NCBI RefSeq assembly: GCF_050320075.1
Contig: NZ_CP190018.1
DNA: 64,000 bases
Strand: one strand, 5' to 3'
Source: Escherichia coli
GTDB taxonomy: Bacteria > Pseudomonadota > Gammaproteobacteria > Enterobacterales > Enterobacteriaceae
A program made the translations under genes and the position numbers. This document shows positions 1 to 10,172 of the stretch, in pieces (the stretch's first letter is position 1; the number at the start of each line of letters is the position of its first letter). Below the pieces are notes generated by a model. The model did no database searches. It was not told the DNA's origin and was given only the letters and a program-made list of their open reading frames with translations.

Positions 1-183
1 GCCCGCAGGCGCGTATTTACTATGCGGAAATGTTGGCGAAAATGAGTCGGTTACGTGAAGCCAACGAGCAGTATGTTGCCGTGGTTGATACGGCTAAACG
101 CTCAAGACCTCATTATAGAAAACACCACCGGGAATGGATTAAGACCGCCAATGAGCGGCTGAAGCAGAGTGTGGTGCAATGAA
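1..183 (+). CDS. 3' end of an unidentified gene running off the left edge (partial)
   Basis: Frame 3 is open from the window edge to TGA at 181-183 (about 60 codons, ...RIYYAEMLAKMSRLREANEQYVAVVDTAKRSRPHYRKHHREWIKTANERLKQSVVQ); the other two + frames are closed. No family recognised; it does not look like an ABC ATPase C-terminus. Confidence 0.3.
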
Positions 184-404
184 AATCTTCTTTGCCGTTA
201 GACCAGTGTCGCGGCAATCTTTTGTTAAAATTGAAAAATGTAGCTCTCATCGGGCAGCAAAACTGGACGCAGAATTTGCTGCCATTTTTGCTCTTCATGG
301 TAAGGAGTTCTGGCGATTAGCTGGCCGTTAATCGCCTCTTTTCAGTGCATTCTCGGGATATCCGTGCCCCATCTCCCATTTTCCCTCACCCGTACCGTCA
401 CCGC

Positions 405-485
405 CTTGTCATCTTTCTGACACCTTACTATCTTACAAATGTAACAAAAAAGTTATTTTTCTGTAATTCGAGCATGTCATGTTAC
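405..485 (+). promoter_or_regulatory. ugpB promoter region with array of PhoB-box-like heptamers
   Basis: Heptamers resembling CTGTCAT at ~11 bp spacing (ttgtcat 406-412, ctgacac 417-423, tgtaaca 440-446, ctgtaat 461-467, atgtcat 474-480) about 60-130 bp upstream of the ugpB start; the ugp operon is a known Pho regulon member. Confidence 0.5.
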
Positions 486-541
486 CCCGCGAGCATAAAA
501 CGCGTGAATTCGCGCATTCGGTACAACAAGAGAGATAAACG

Positions 542-1858
542 ATGAAACCGTTACATTATACAGCTTCAGCACTGGCGCTCGGACTGGCGTTAATGGGGAA
601 TGCACAGGCAGTGACGACCATTCCGTTCTGGCATTCTATGGAAGGGGAACTGGGTAAAGAGGTGGATTCTCTGGCCCAACGTTTTAACGCCGAAAACCCG
701 GATTACAAAATTGTACCGACCTATAAAGGCAACTACGAACAGAATTTAAGCGCGGGGATTGCCGCATTTCGTACCGGCAACGCGCCTGCTATTTTGCAGG
801 TTTATGAAGTTGGCACCGCCACCATGATGGCGTCGAAAGCCATTAAACCGGTATATGACGTGTTTAAAGAGGCGGGGATTCAGTTCGATGAGTCGCAGTT
901 TGTGCCGACGGTTTCAGGCTACTACTCCGACAGCAAAACCGGCCACTTACTCTCCCAGCCGTTCAACAGCTCGACTCCCGTTCTCTATTACAACAAAGAC
1001 GCCTTCAAGAAAGCCGGTTTAGACCCGGAACAGCCGCCGAAAACCTGGCAGGATCTGGCGGACTATGCCGCAAAACTGAAAGCCTCCGGTATGAAGTGCG
1101 GCTACGCCAGCGGCTGGCAGGGCTGGATCCAACTGGAAAACTTTAGCGCCTGGAACGGTCTGCCGTTTGCCAGCAAAAACAACGGCTTTGACGGCACAGA
1201 CGCGGTGCTGGAGTTCAACAAGCCGGAGCAGGTGAAACACATCGCTATGCTCGAAGAGATGAACAAGAAGGGCGATTTCAGCTACGTCGGGCGTAAGGAT
1301 GAATCCACTGAGAAGTTCTATAACGGTGATTGCGCGATGACCACCGCCTCTTCCGGTTCTCTCGCCAACATTCGCGAGTACGCCAAATTTAACTACGGCG
1401 TAGGCATGATGCCTTACGACGCCGATGCGAAAGATGCGCCACAAAACGCCATTATCGGCGGAGCCAGCTTGTGGGTAATGCAGGGTAAAGATAAAGAAAC
1501 TTATACGGGTGTGGCGAAGTTCCTCGACTTCCTCGCGAAGCCAGAAAACGCTGCCGAGTGGCATCAGAAAACTGGTTATCTGCCAATCACCAAAGCGGCG
1601 TATGACCTGACCCGTGAGCAGGGTTTTTATGAGAAAAACCCAGGGGCGGATACCGCGACGCGTCAGATGCTGAATAAGCCGCCGTTACCGTTCACCAAAG
1701 GGCTGCGTCTGGGCAACATGCCGCAGATCCGCGTGATTGTGGATGAAGAGCTGGAGAGCGTGTGGACCGGTAAGAAGACACCACAGCAGGCGCTGGATAC
1801 CGCCGTTGAGCGTGGGAACCAGTTACTGCGCCGCTTTGAGCAGTCTACGAAGTCTTAA
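542..1858 (+). CDS. ugpB: sn-glycerol-3-phosphate ABC transporter periplasmic binding protein
   Basis: 438 aa ORF with signal peptide ([23 protein letters not shown]); length and sequence match UgpB as recalled; followed by ugpAEC. Confidence 0.96.
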   Translation: MKPLHYTASALALGLALMGNAQAVTTIPFWHSMEGELGKEVDSLAQRFNAENPDYKIVPTYKGNYEQNLSAGIAAFRTGNAPAILQVYEVGTATMMASKAIKPVYDVFKEAGIQFDESQFVPTVSGYYSDSKTGHLLSQPFNSSTPVLYYNKDAFKKAGLDPEQPPKTWQDLADYAAKLKASGMKCGYASGWQGWIQLENFSAWNGLPFASKNNGFDGTDAVLEFNKPEQVKHIAMLEEMNKKGDFSYVGRKDESTEKFYNGDCAMTTASSGSLANIREYAKFNYGVGMMPYDADAKDAPQNAIIGGASLWVMQGKDKETYTGVAKFLDFLAKPENAAEWHQKTGYLPITKAAYDLTREQGFYEKNPGADTATRQMLNKPPLPFTKGLRLGNMPQIRVIVDEELESVWTGKKTPQQALDTAVERGNQLLRRFEQSTKS

Positions 1859-1864
1859 TTCTCT

Positions 1865-2010
1865 TACCCTCACCCTAACCCTCTCCCAAAGGGAGAGGGG
1901 ACCGATCGGCGTGGTATCCAGGTGCCGTGTCGGTTTGCAACTTCGCTCGGTGGGAAAGTATGCACCGCCTTTCTCCCTCGCCCCTTTGGGGAGAGGGCCG
2001 GGGTGAGGGG
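1865..2010. repeat. intergenic element with nested inverted repeats between ugpB and ugpA
   Basis: Left unit ccctcaccctaaccctctccc-aaa-gggagagggg (1865-1900) and right unit ccctcgcccctttggggagagggccggggtgagggg (1969-2010); each has a local hairpin and the outer arms are mutually inverted. Confidence 0.5.
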
Positions 2011-2033
2011 AACACAACACGAAGAGTTTAACT

Positions 2034-2921
2034 ATGTCATCATCCCGTCCGGTGTTCCGCTCGCGCTGGCTGCCCTATTTGCTGGTCGCGCCGCAGCTCA
2101 TTATCACCGTTATCTTTTTTATCTGGCCTGCGGGCGAAGCGTTGTGGTACTCGCTGCAAAGCGTCGATCCGTTTGGTTTCTCCAGCCAGTTTGTCGGCCT
2201 GGATAACTTCGTCGCGCTGTTTCATGACAGCTACTATCTCGACTCCTTCTGGACGACGATAAAATTCAGCACCTTTGTCACCGTCAGCGGTTTGCTGGTG
2301 TCGCTGTTCTTTGCGGCGCTGGTGGAGTACATCGTGCGCGGCAGCCGTTTCTATCAAACCTTAATGCTGCTGCCTTACGCCGTGGCACCCGCCGTTGCCG
2401 CCGTATTGTGGATCTTCCTGTTTAACCCTGGTCGCGGGCTGATCACCCATTTTCTCGCTGAGTTCGGCTACGACTGGAACCACGCGCAAAACAGCGGTCA
2501 GGCGATGTTTCTGGTGGTGTTTGCCTCGGTGTGGAAGCAAATTAGCTACAACTTTCTGTTCTTCTATGCCGCGCTGCAATCCATTCCCCGTTCGTTTATC
2601 GAAGCCGCAGCCATCGACGGTGCAGGCCCGATTCGCCGCTTCTTTAAGATTGCGCTGCCGCTTATCGCTCCGGTGAGTTTCTTCCTGCTGGTGGTGAACC
2701 TGGTGTACGCCTTCTTCGACACCTTCCCGGTGATCGACGCCGCCACGTCCGGCGGGCCGGTTCAGGCCACCACGACGCTGATTTATAAGATTTACCGCGA
2801 AGGCTTTACCGGACTGGATCTGGCTTCGTCTGCCGCGCAGTCGGTGGTGTTGATGTTCCTCGTCATCGTGCTGACGGTGGTGCAGTTCCGCTATGTTGAA
2901 AGCAAGGTGCGTTACCAATGA
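2034..2921 (+). CDS. ugpA: sn-glycerol-3-phosphate ABC transporter permease
   Basis: 295 aa multi-TM ORF; position and length match UgpA. Confidence 0.96.
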
Positions 2922-3763
2922 TTGAGAACCGTCCGTGGCTGACAATATTCAGCCATACCATGCTGATCCTCGGGATCGCGGTGATCCTCTTCCCGCTGTA
3001 CGTGGCGTTTGTCGCGGCGACGCTGGATAAACAGGCCGTCTACGCCGCGCCGATGACGCTAATCCCCGGCACACATCTGCTGGAAAACATCCACAACATC
3101 TGGGTGAACGGGGTAGGCACGAATAGTGCGCCTTTCTGGCGGATGTTGCTTAACAGCTTTGTGATGGCGTTCAGCATTACGCTCGGCAAAATTACCGTCT
3201 CGATGCTTTCGGCATTTGCCATTGTCTGGTTTCGTTTTCCGCTACGTAACCTCTTCTTCTGGATGATTTTTATCACTCTGATGTTGCCGGTTGAAGTGCG
3301 TATTTTCCCGACGGTGGAAGTGATCGCCAATCTGAAAATGCTCGACAGCTACGCCGGTTTAACGCTGCCGCTGATGGCCTCGGCGACCGCCACGTTTCTT
3401 TTCCGCCAGTTCTTTATGACGCTGCCGGATGAGCTGGTGGAAGCGGCGCGGATCGACGGTGCGTCACCAATGCGCTTCTTTTGCGACATCGTTTTTCCGC
3501 TCTCCAAAACTAATCTGGCGGCGCTGTTTGTGATCACCTTTATCTACGGCTGGAACCAGTATTTGTGGCCGTTGTTGATTATTACCGATGTGGATCTCGG
3601 CACCACCGTGGCAGGGATTAAAGGGATGATCGCCACTGGCGAAGGCACCACGGAATGGAACTCGGTGATGGCGGCGATGTTGTTAACGCTGATCCCTCCG
3701 GTGGTGATTGTTTTAGTGATGCAGCGTGCCTTTGTGCGCGGCCTGGTCGATAGTGAGAAATAA
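2918..3763 (+). CDS. ugpE: sn-glycerol-3-phosphate ABC transporter permease
   Basis: 281 aa multi-TM ORF; start overlaps ugpA stop (ATGA). Confidence 0.96.
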
Positions 3764-3764
3764 G

Positions 3765-4835
3765 ATGGCAGGACTGAAATTACAGGCAGTAACCAAAAGC
3801 TGGGATGGCAAAACCCAGGTCATTAAACCGCTGACCCTTGATGTGGCGGATGGCGAATTTATCGTGATGGTCGGGCCGTCTGGCTGCGGGAAATCGACGT
3901 TATTGCGAATGGTGGCCGGACTGGAGCGGGTAACGACGGGCGATATCTGGATCGACCGCAAGCGTGTCACCGAAATGGAGCCGAAAGATCGCGGGATTGC
4001 GATGGTGTTCCAGAACTACGCGCTCTATCCGCATATGAGCGTAGAGGAGAATATGGCGTGGGGGCTGAAAATTCGCGGCATGGGCAAGCAACAAATTGCC
4101 GAACGTGTTAAAGAAGCGGCGCGCATTCTGGAGCTGGACGGCCTGCTTAAGCGCCGCCCGCGTGAGTTATCTGGCGGTCAGCGTCAGCGTGTGGCGATGG
4201 GGCGTGCGATTGTGCGTGAGCCGGCAGTGTTCCTGTTTGATGAGCCGCTCTCTAACCTCGATGCCAAGTTGCGTGTGCAGATGCGTCTTGAACTGCAACA
4301 GCTGCACCGTCGCCTGAAAACGACTTCACTCTACGTTACCCACGATCAGGTTGAGGCGATGACGCTCGCCCAGCGAGTAATGGTGATGAACGGCGGCGTT
4401 GCCGAACAGATTGGCACGCCAGTTGAAGTGTACGAAAAGCCCGCCAGCCTGTTTGTGGCGAGTTTTATCGGCAGTCCGGCGATGAATCTGCTGGCAGGGC
4501 GTGTGAATAACGAAGGTACGCATTTCGAACTGGACGGCGGTATCGCGCTGCCGCTAAACGGTGGCTACCGTCAGTATGCTGGACGTAAAATGACTCTCGG
4601 CATTCGCCCGGAACATATTACGCTACGTTCGCAGGCTGAAGGTGGCGTGCCGCTGGTGATGGACACGCTGGAGATCCTCGGCGCAGATAACCTGGCGCAC
4701 GGACGCTGGGGCGAACAGAAGCTGGTGGTGCGACTGGCGCATCAGGAGCGCCCGACGGCAGGCAGCACGCTGTGGCTGCATCTGCCGGAAAATCAGCTGC
4801 ATCTTTTTGATGGTGAAACAGGACAACGAGTATGA
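3765..4835 (+). CDS. ugpC: sn-glycerol-3-phosphate ABC transporter ATP-binding protein
   Basis: 356 aa from ATG 3765 ([13 protein letters not shown]...); Walker [13 protein letters not shown] signature LSGGQRQR; ATG one nt after ugpE stop. Confidence 0.95.
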   Translation: MAGLKLQAVTKSWDGKTQVIKPLTLDVADGEFIVMVGPSGCGKSTLLRMVAGLERVTTGDIWIDRKRVTEMEPKDRGIAMVFQNYALYPHMSVEENMAWGLKIRGMGKQQIAERVKEAARILELDGLLKRRPRELSGGQRQRVAMGRAIVREPAVFLFDEPLSNLDAKLRVQMRLELQQLHRRLKTTSLYVTHDQVEAMTLAQRVMVMNGGVAEQIGTPVEVYEKPASLFVASFIGSPAMNLLAGRVNNEGTHFELDGGIALPLNGGYRQYAGRKMTLGIRPEHITLRSQAEGGVPLVMDTLEILGADNLAHGRWGEQKLVVRLAHQERPTAGSTLWLHLPENQLHLFDGETGQRV

Positions 4836-5575
4836 GTAACTGGCCTTATCCCCGCATCGTCGCCCATCGTGGCGGCGGTAAACTGGCCCCGGAGAACACC
4901 CTGGCAGCAATCGACGTCGGGGCAAAATACGGTCATAAGATGATCGAATTTGACGCGAAGTTATCGAAAGATGGCGAGATCTTCCTGCTCCATGACGACA
5001 ATCTTGAACGCACCAGCAACGGCTGGGGCGTCGCGGGCGATCTGAACTGGCAGGATTTACTGCGCGTGGATGCAGGCAGTTGGTACAGCAAAGCGTTTAA
5101 AGGTGAGCCGCTACCGTTGCTTTCGCAGGTGGCGGAACGCTGTCGCGAACACGGGATGATGGCGAATATCGAAATCAAACCCACCACTGGCACCGGGCCA
5201 TTAACGGGCAAAATGGTGGCGCTGGCGGCACGCGAACTGTGGGCCGATATGACGCCGCCGCTGCTGTCATCGTTTGAGATTGATGCTTTAGAAGCTGCAC
5301 AACAGGCTGCACCGGAACTGCCGCGCGGTTTGTTGTTGGATGAGTGGCGCGACGACTGGCGAGAACTGACCGCGCGACTGGGCTGCGTCTCTATTCATCT
5401 CAATCATAAGTTGCTTGATAAAGCGCGAGTGATGCAGTTGAAAGACGCCGGATTACGGATTCTGGTTTATACCGTCAATAAACCCCAGCGCGCGGCAGAG
5501 TTGCTGCGCTGGGGCGTGGATTGCATCTGCACCGATGCGATTGACGTGATTGGTCCGAACTTTACGGCCCAATAG
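4832..5575 (+). CDS. ugpQ: glycerophosphodiester phosphodiesterase
   Basis: 247 aa; start overlaps ugpC stop; length and sequence match UgpQ. Confidence 0.95.
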   Translation: MSNWPYPRIVAHRGGGKLAPENTLAAIDVGAKYGHKMIEFDAKLSKDGEIFLLHDDNLERTSNGWGVAGDLNWQDLLRVDAGSWYSKAFKGEPLPLLSQVAERCREHGMMANIEIKPTTGTGPLTGKMVALAARELWADMTPPLLSSFEIDALEAAQQAAPELPRGLLLDEWRDDWRELTARLGCVSIHLNHKLLDKARVMQLKDAGLRILVYTVNKPQRAAELLRWGVDCICTDAIDVIGPNFTAQ

Positions 5576-6002
5576 TTTTCAACGGAATATCAGGCTGCGG
5601 CGTGCTGGGCTGATTCAGCATGTCGCCGTTTCTCCTCTCCGGCAACATATGCTGCTGATTCAACGGACTATCCGGATTACGGTTGCTGTTTAACATCCCG
5701 CCGTTGGTGTTGGGCAGCATTTGCTGCCGGGCGGGATTTCGCTCCCCCGGCTGTGACTGCAACACCCGCTGAGAATTATTGTTGATCTGGTTTTCTAAAT
5801 GCTGCTGTTGCAACTGCGTTTGCGTTTTCAGTTGCTGATTCAGCATCCCTTTTTGCTGGATTTGCTGCGTTTGCATTTGAGTCTGCATCCGCTGCTGGCT
5901 GGGGATCTGATATCCCGGCTGGTTGGGGTTGTTCAGAGTATTAATGGGCTGTGCAAAGCCGACAAACGGCAGGAGTGCCGTCAAAAGCAGAAGTCGTTTC
6001 AT
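5562..6002 (-). CDS. yhhA: secreted Gln-rich protein YhhA
   Basis: 146 aa with signal peptide and Q-rich repeats; convergent with ugpQ, 3' ends overlap by 14 nt. Confidence 0.85.
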   Translation of the reverse strand: MKRLLLLTALLPFVGFAQPINTLNNPNQPGYQIPSQQRMQTQMQTQQIQQKGMLNQQLKTQTQLQQQHLENQINNNSQRVLQSQPGERNPARQQMLPNTNGGMLNSNRNPDSPLNQQHMLPERRNGDMLNQPSTPQPDIPLKTIGP

Positions 6003-6121
6003 CGCGTATCCTCCTCTGAAGATATTCTTTAAGTTTACTCGCTTCCCGGCAAAACGATGATTAATTCAGAGTTATATACCAGGCTTAGCTGGGGTTGCCC
6101 CTTAATCTCTGGAGAATAACG

Positions 6122-7864
6122 ATGATAAAACCGACGTTTTTACGCCGGGTAGCCATTGCTGCTCTGCTCTCAGGAAGTTGTTTTAGCGCCGCCGCCGCGC
6201 CTCCTCCGCCACCTGTTTCTTATGGCGTGGAGGAAGATGTCTTCCATCCGGTACGCGCGAAACAGGGGATGGTGGCGTCTGTAGATGCTACTGCCACTCA
6301 GGTGGGCGTGGATATCCTCAAGGAGGGCGGGAATGCCGTTGATGCTGCCGTGGCGGTGGGCTACGCGCTGGCGGTAACGCATCCGCAGGCGGGGAATCTG
6401 GGCGGCGGTGGTTTTATGCTGATCCGCTCGAAAAATGGCAATACCACCGCTATCGATTTCCGCGAAATGGCACCCGCCAAAGCGACCCGCGATATGTTCC
6501 TTGATGATCAGGGTAACCCGGACAGCAAAAAATCACTCACTTCGCATCTGGCCTCCGGTACGCCCGGTACGGTAGCAGGTTTCTCGCTGGCGTTGGATAA
6601 ATACGGCACCATGCCGTTGAACAAAGTGGTGCAACCGGCGTTTAAACTGGCACGCGATGGTTTTATCGTTAACGACGCGTTGGCTGACGATCTCAAAACC
6701 TACGGTAGCGAAGTGTTGCCGAATCACGAAAACAGCAAGGCTATCTTCTGGAAAGAGGGCGCGCCGCTGAAAAAGGGCGACAAGCTGGTGCAGGCGAACC
6801 TGGCAAAGAGCCTGGAGATGATTGCCGAAAACGGCCCGGACGAATTCTACAAAGGCACGATAGCGGAACAGATTGCCCAGGAGATGCAGAAAAACGGTGG
6901 CTTGATCACTAAAGAAGATTTAGCGGCGTATAAAGCGGTCGAACGTACACCGATTAGCGGCGATTATCGCGGGTATCAGGTTTACTCCATGCCACCGCCA
7001 TCTTCCGGCGGGATCCATATCGTACAAATCCTCAATATTCTGGAAAACTTCGATATGAAGAAATACGGCTTTGGCAGCGCCGACGCGATGCAAATCATGG
7101 CAGAAGCTGAGAAATATGCCTACGCCGACCGCTCGGAATATCTTGGCGACCCGGATTTTGTCAAAGTTCCGTGGCAGGCGCTGACCAATAAAGCCTATGC
7201 CAAATCTATTGCCGATCAAATCGATATCAATAAAGCGAAGCCATCCAGCGAAATTCGCCCCGGCAAGCTTGCGCCTTATGAGAGTAATCAAACTACCCAT
7301 TACTCAGTGGTGGATAAAGACGGCAACGCGGTAGCGGTGACCTATACGCTGAACACCACCTTCGGGACGGGCATTGTCGCGGGCGAGAGCGGTATTCTGC
7401 TTAATAACCAGATGGATGATTTCTCCGCCAAACCTGGCGTACCGAACGTTTACGGGCTGGTGGGTGGTGACGCCAACGCGGTCGGGCCGAATAAACGCCC
7501 GCTGTCGTCGATGTCCCCAACCATTGTGGTGAAAGACGGTAAAACCTGGTTAGTGACTGGTAGCCCAGGCGGTAGCCGGATCATCACTACCGTGCTGCAA
7601 ATGGTGGTGAACAGCATCGATTATGGTATGAATGTCGCCGAAGCGACCAATGCACCGCGTTTCCACCATCAGTGGTTGCCGGACGAGCTGCGTGTCGAAA
7701 AAGGGTTTAGCCCGGATACGCTCAAGCTGCTGGAAGCAAAAGGTCAGAAAGTGGCGCTGAAAGAGGCGATGGGTAGTACACAAAGCATTATGGTTGGGCC
7801 GGACGGCGAGTTGTACGGCGCATCCGATCCGCGCTCGGTGGATGATTTAACGGCGGGTTATTAA
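6122..7864 (+). CDS. ggt: gamma-glutamyltranspeptidase
   Basis: 580 aa from ATG 6122 (MIKPTFLRRVAIAALLSG...); signal peptide; conserved TTHYSVVD autoprocessing region. Confidence 0.95.
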   Translation: MIKPTFLRRVAIAALLSGSCFSAAAAPPPPPVSYGVEEDVFHPVRAKQGMVASVDATATQVGVDILKEGGNAVDAAVAVGYALAVTHPQAGNLGGGGFMLIRSKNGNTTAIDFREMAPAKATRDMFLDDQGNPDSKKSLTSHLASGTPGTVAGFSLALDKYGTMPLNKVVQPAFKLARDGFIVNDALADDLKTYGSEVLPNHENSKAIFWKEGAPLKKGDKLVQANLAKSLEMIAENGPDEFYKGTIAEQIAQEMQKNGGLITKEDLAAYKAVERTPISGDYRGYQVYSMPPPSSGGIHIVQILNILENFDMKKYGFGSADAMQIMAEAEKYAYADRSEYLGDPDFVKVPWQALTNKAYAKSIADQIDINKAKPSSEIRPGKLAPYESNQTTHYSVVDKDGNAVAVTYTLNTTFGTGIVAGESGILLNNQMDDFSAKPGVPNVYGLVGGDANAVGPNKRPLSSMSPTIVVKDGKTWLVTGSPGGSRIITTVLQMVVNSIDYGMNVAEATNAPRFHHQWLPDELRVEKGFSPDTLKLLEAKGQKVALKEAMGSTQSIMVGPDGELYGASDPRSVDDLTAGY

Positions 7865-7870
7865 GGTTAG

Positions 7871-7900
7871 CGGCCCTCTTCGTGGGAAGAGGGCCGTATT
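7871..7900 (+). terminator. probable rho-independent terminator of ggt
   Basis: Hairpin cggccctcttc-gtgg-gaagagggccg immediately after the ggt stop, followed by tatt. Confidence 0.5.
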
Positions 7901-7929
7901 GTCAGGGCAAGCCGGGTAATGACTCCAAC

Positions 7930-8433
7930 TTACTGATAGTGTTTTATGTTCAGATAATGCCCGATGACTTTGTCATGCAGCTCCACCGATTTTGAGAACG
8001 ACAGTGACTTCCGTCCCAGCCTTGCCAGATGTTGTCTCAGATTCAGGTTATGTCGCTCAATGCGCTGAGTGTAACGCTTGCTGATTACGTGCAGCTTTCC
8101 CTTCAGGCGGGATTCATACAGCGGCCAGCCATCCGTCATCCATACCACGACCTCAAAGGCCGACAGCAGGCTCAGAAGACGCTCCAGTGTGGCCAGAGTG
8201 CGTTCACCGAAGACGTGCGCCACAACCGTCCTCCGTATCCTGTCATACGCGTAAAACAGCCAGCGCTGACGTGATTTAGCACCGACGTAGCCCCACTGTT
8301 CGTCCATTTCAGCGCAGACAATCACATCACTGCCCGGCTGTATGCGCGAGGTTACCGACTGCGGCCTGAGTTTTTTAAGTGACGTAAAATCGTGTTGAGG
8401 CCAACGCCCATAATGCGGGCGGTTGCCCGGCAT
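7930..8433 (-). CDS. insB: IS1 InsB (transposase C-terminal part, made as InsAB' by frameshift)
   Basis: 167 aa ORF in the -1 frame overlapping the insA 3' end; matches IS1 InsB. Confidence 0.92.
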   Translation of the reverse strand: MPGNRPHYGRWPQHDFTSLKKLRPQSVTSRIQPGSDVIVCAEMDEQWGYVGAKSRQRWLFYAYDRIRRTVVAHVFGERTLATLERLLSLLSAFEVVVWMTDGWPLYESRLKGKLHVISKRYTQRIERHNLNLRQHLARLGRKSLSFSKSVELHDKVIGHYLNIKHYQ

Positions 8434-8627
8434 CCAACACCATTCATGGCCATATCAATGATTTTCTGGTGTGTACCGGGTTGAGAAGCGGTGTAAGTGA
8501 ACTGCAGTTGCCATGTTTTACGGCAGTGAGAGCAGAGATAGCGCTGATGTCCGGCAGTACTTTTACCGTTACGCACCACGCCTTCAGTAGCTGAGCAGGA
8601 GGGACAACTGATGGAGATGGAAGCCAC
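8352..8627 (-). CDS. insA: IS1 InsA
   Basis: 91 aa [43 protein letters not shown]...; zinc-finger/HTH protein of IS1. Confidence 0.92.
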   Translation of the reverse strand: MASISISCPSCSATEGVVRNGKSTAGHQRYLCSHCRKTWQLQFTYTASQPGTHQKIIDMAMNGVGCRATARIMGVGLNTILRHLKNSGRSR

Positions 8628-8655
8628 GGGAGCACCTCAAAAACACCATCATACA

Positions 8656-9114
8656 CTAAATCAGTAAGTTGGCACCATTACCGGTATTTGCGATAAGATG
8701 TTGACAGAGGATAAATTCATAACTAACAGTTAATGTTTCTGTATCCAGTTGATTTTCAATGATCTGATGATGAATAGCCGATAAAAAAGCGCCTCTTAGT
8801 TGTATATAATAATACTTTCCCCATCTACCAAATCTATTTATTCGATAGAAGTCAAATTCCATAAATAATTGTTCATTATTGTTAATGGAATTAATAAATA
8901 ATGGAGTGCTTTTATCAATTAATTTACAAAATGTTATACCATGAAACTGTGAACCAAGCCCCGTATTAGTAATACTATTTAAGAATGAGAATGTAAATAT
9001 TTCATCCTCATGCCCGCTCTGCCAGCGATTACCTGTAGACTCAGAAGTCCCACAACCTGCGGAGATGCTTCCTTGTTGTTCTCCCGTTACTGTCAGGTAA
9101 ACAATATTACTCAT
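8656..9114 (-). pseudogene. yhhZ: Hcp-family (type VI secretion tube protein-like) gene truncated by IS1; the last 9 codons and the stop lie inside IS1
   Basis: 152 aa ORF MSNIVYLTVTGEQQGSISAGC...HEDEIFTFSFLNSITNTG...ITFCKLIDKSTPLF has Hcp-type motifs; the reading frame crosses the IS1 boundary at 8682 and stops at 8656; AT-rich. The yhhZ symbol is by position, from memory. Confidence 0.65.
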
Positions 9115-9349
9115 CCATGAAAAGTCCTTTTATGGCATGCTATTTTATCAATGGCACTATTATGCTTGTTAATTGTTATTTATTTACTCCAGGAAATTGT
9201 AGGCGTATATATTAAAAAATAAAATATTACACTTTAGGACGTAATTATGAGGTAAATCTTATATATTTATTGGGAAAATAAATACATTAAAAGAAGGTAT
9301 GCCGATTTTGAATGACACCCTTTTTCCATCTCAGAAAAAGGGCACTATC

Positions 9350-9838
9350 TTACTTCACCCGCGCCATATAATACGCATCGACATATTCACCATTACGTAA
9401 TGCGTACTTCTTGCCAGTCCCTTCAATCTCAAATCCAAATTTTTTATAGACTTTAATTGCTGGCGCGTTATCGATGAACACCGTTAGCTCAATACGATCT
9501 ACCCGCAACCAGTTGTCGCACATTTCAATCATCTCTCGCATCAGGGCGCTGGCGACGCCGCGATTCTTCCAACGGGAGTCGACACAAATACCAAAATCTG
9601 CAACATGACTGCGGCGTGGGCGCTGTTGCACGTCAATGGTGAGATGGCCCACGACGTCTCCATCAATACAGGCGACGAGTTGCTTGATGCCGGGACGATC
9701 GGCGAGTCGCTCCTGCCACATATGATCGGAAGGATGAGGCACCTGTAGCGTGTTGCAATACACCTCCGGCTGGGCGTGAATCTGCCTGATGGCCTCGTAA
9801 TCGCGCGTTTCAGCATGGCGTATCACTATCTCACTCAT
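9350..9838 (-). CDS. yhhY: GNAT-family N-acetyltransferase
   Basis: 162 aa from ATG at 9838 (MSEIVIRHAETRDYEAIRQIH...); GNAT motif region RGVASALMREMIE. Confidence 0.9.
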   Translation of the reverse strand: MSEIVIRHAETRDYEAIRQIHAQPEVYCNTLQVPHPSDHMWQERLADRPGIKQLVACIDGDVVGHLTIDVQQRPRRSHVADFGICVDSRWKNRGVASALMREMIEMCDNWLRVDRIELTVFIDNAPAIKVYKKFGFEIEGTGKKYALRNGEYVDAYYMARVK

Positions 9839-9919
9839 TCCTTTGTCCTCTTTGGGGTAAATGTCCCTTTCAACATCATTGACTTTCAAATGCGAGTCAA
9901 ATGCATTTTTTTTGCAAAA

Positions 9920-9960
9920 AGTGTTGGACAAGTGCGAATGAGAATGATTATTATTGTCTT
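9920..9960 (+). promoter_or_regulatory. ryhB promoter with Fur box
   Basis: gcgaatgagaatgattattattg (about 9934-9956) matches the Fur-box consensus (gataatgataatcattatc) and overlaps the -10 region directly upstream of the ryhB start. Confidence 0.65.
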
Positions 9961-10050
9961 GCGATCAGGAAGACCCTCGCGGAGAACCTGAAAGCACGAC
10001 ATTGCTCACATTGCTTCCAGTATTACTTAGCCAGCCGGGTGCTGGCTTTT
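9961..10050 (+). ncRNA. ryhB: Fur-repressed small RNA RyhB
   Basis: Sequence gcgatcaggaagaccctcgcggagaacctgaaagcacgacattgctcacattgcttccagtattacttagccagccgggtgctggctttt matches RyhB as I recall it, ending in a terminator hairpin gccagccgggtgctggc plus T-run; sits between divergent yhhY and yhhX as in K-12. Confidence 0.9.
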
Positions 10051-10172
10051 TTTTTGATCTTTCGTTTTCAATTTATCCACGGGAAGTGCTTGTGTTCGTT
10101 ATGCGCACTCCAGTAGGAACCACGTCCGCTTTGCGCTAAGGTGTAAATAATCACCTTAAAAAGGACGAAATC

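Larger units (their letters stand above)
7915..8682 (-). mobile_element. IS1 insertion sequence (768 bp)
   Basis: Ends ggtaatgactccaacttactgat... and ...atcagtaagttggcaccattacc form the IS1 terminal inverted repeats; insA and insB are internal with the typical -1 overlap. Confidence 0.95.

Noticed and set aside
345-545. 66-aa ORF in the ugpB promoter
   Set aside because: Overlaps the PhoB-box array and ends at the ugpB start; no ribosome-binding site; likely spurious.
8656-9114. Possibility of an intact type VI secretion Hcp gene
   Set aside because: The frame continues 27 nt into IS1 before stopping, and no other T6SS structural genes are in the window; it is a truncated orphan, not evidence for a T6SS cluster.
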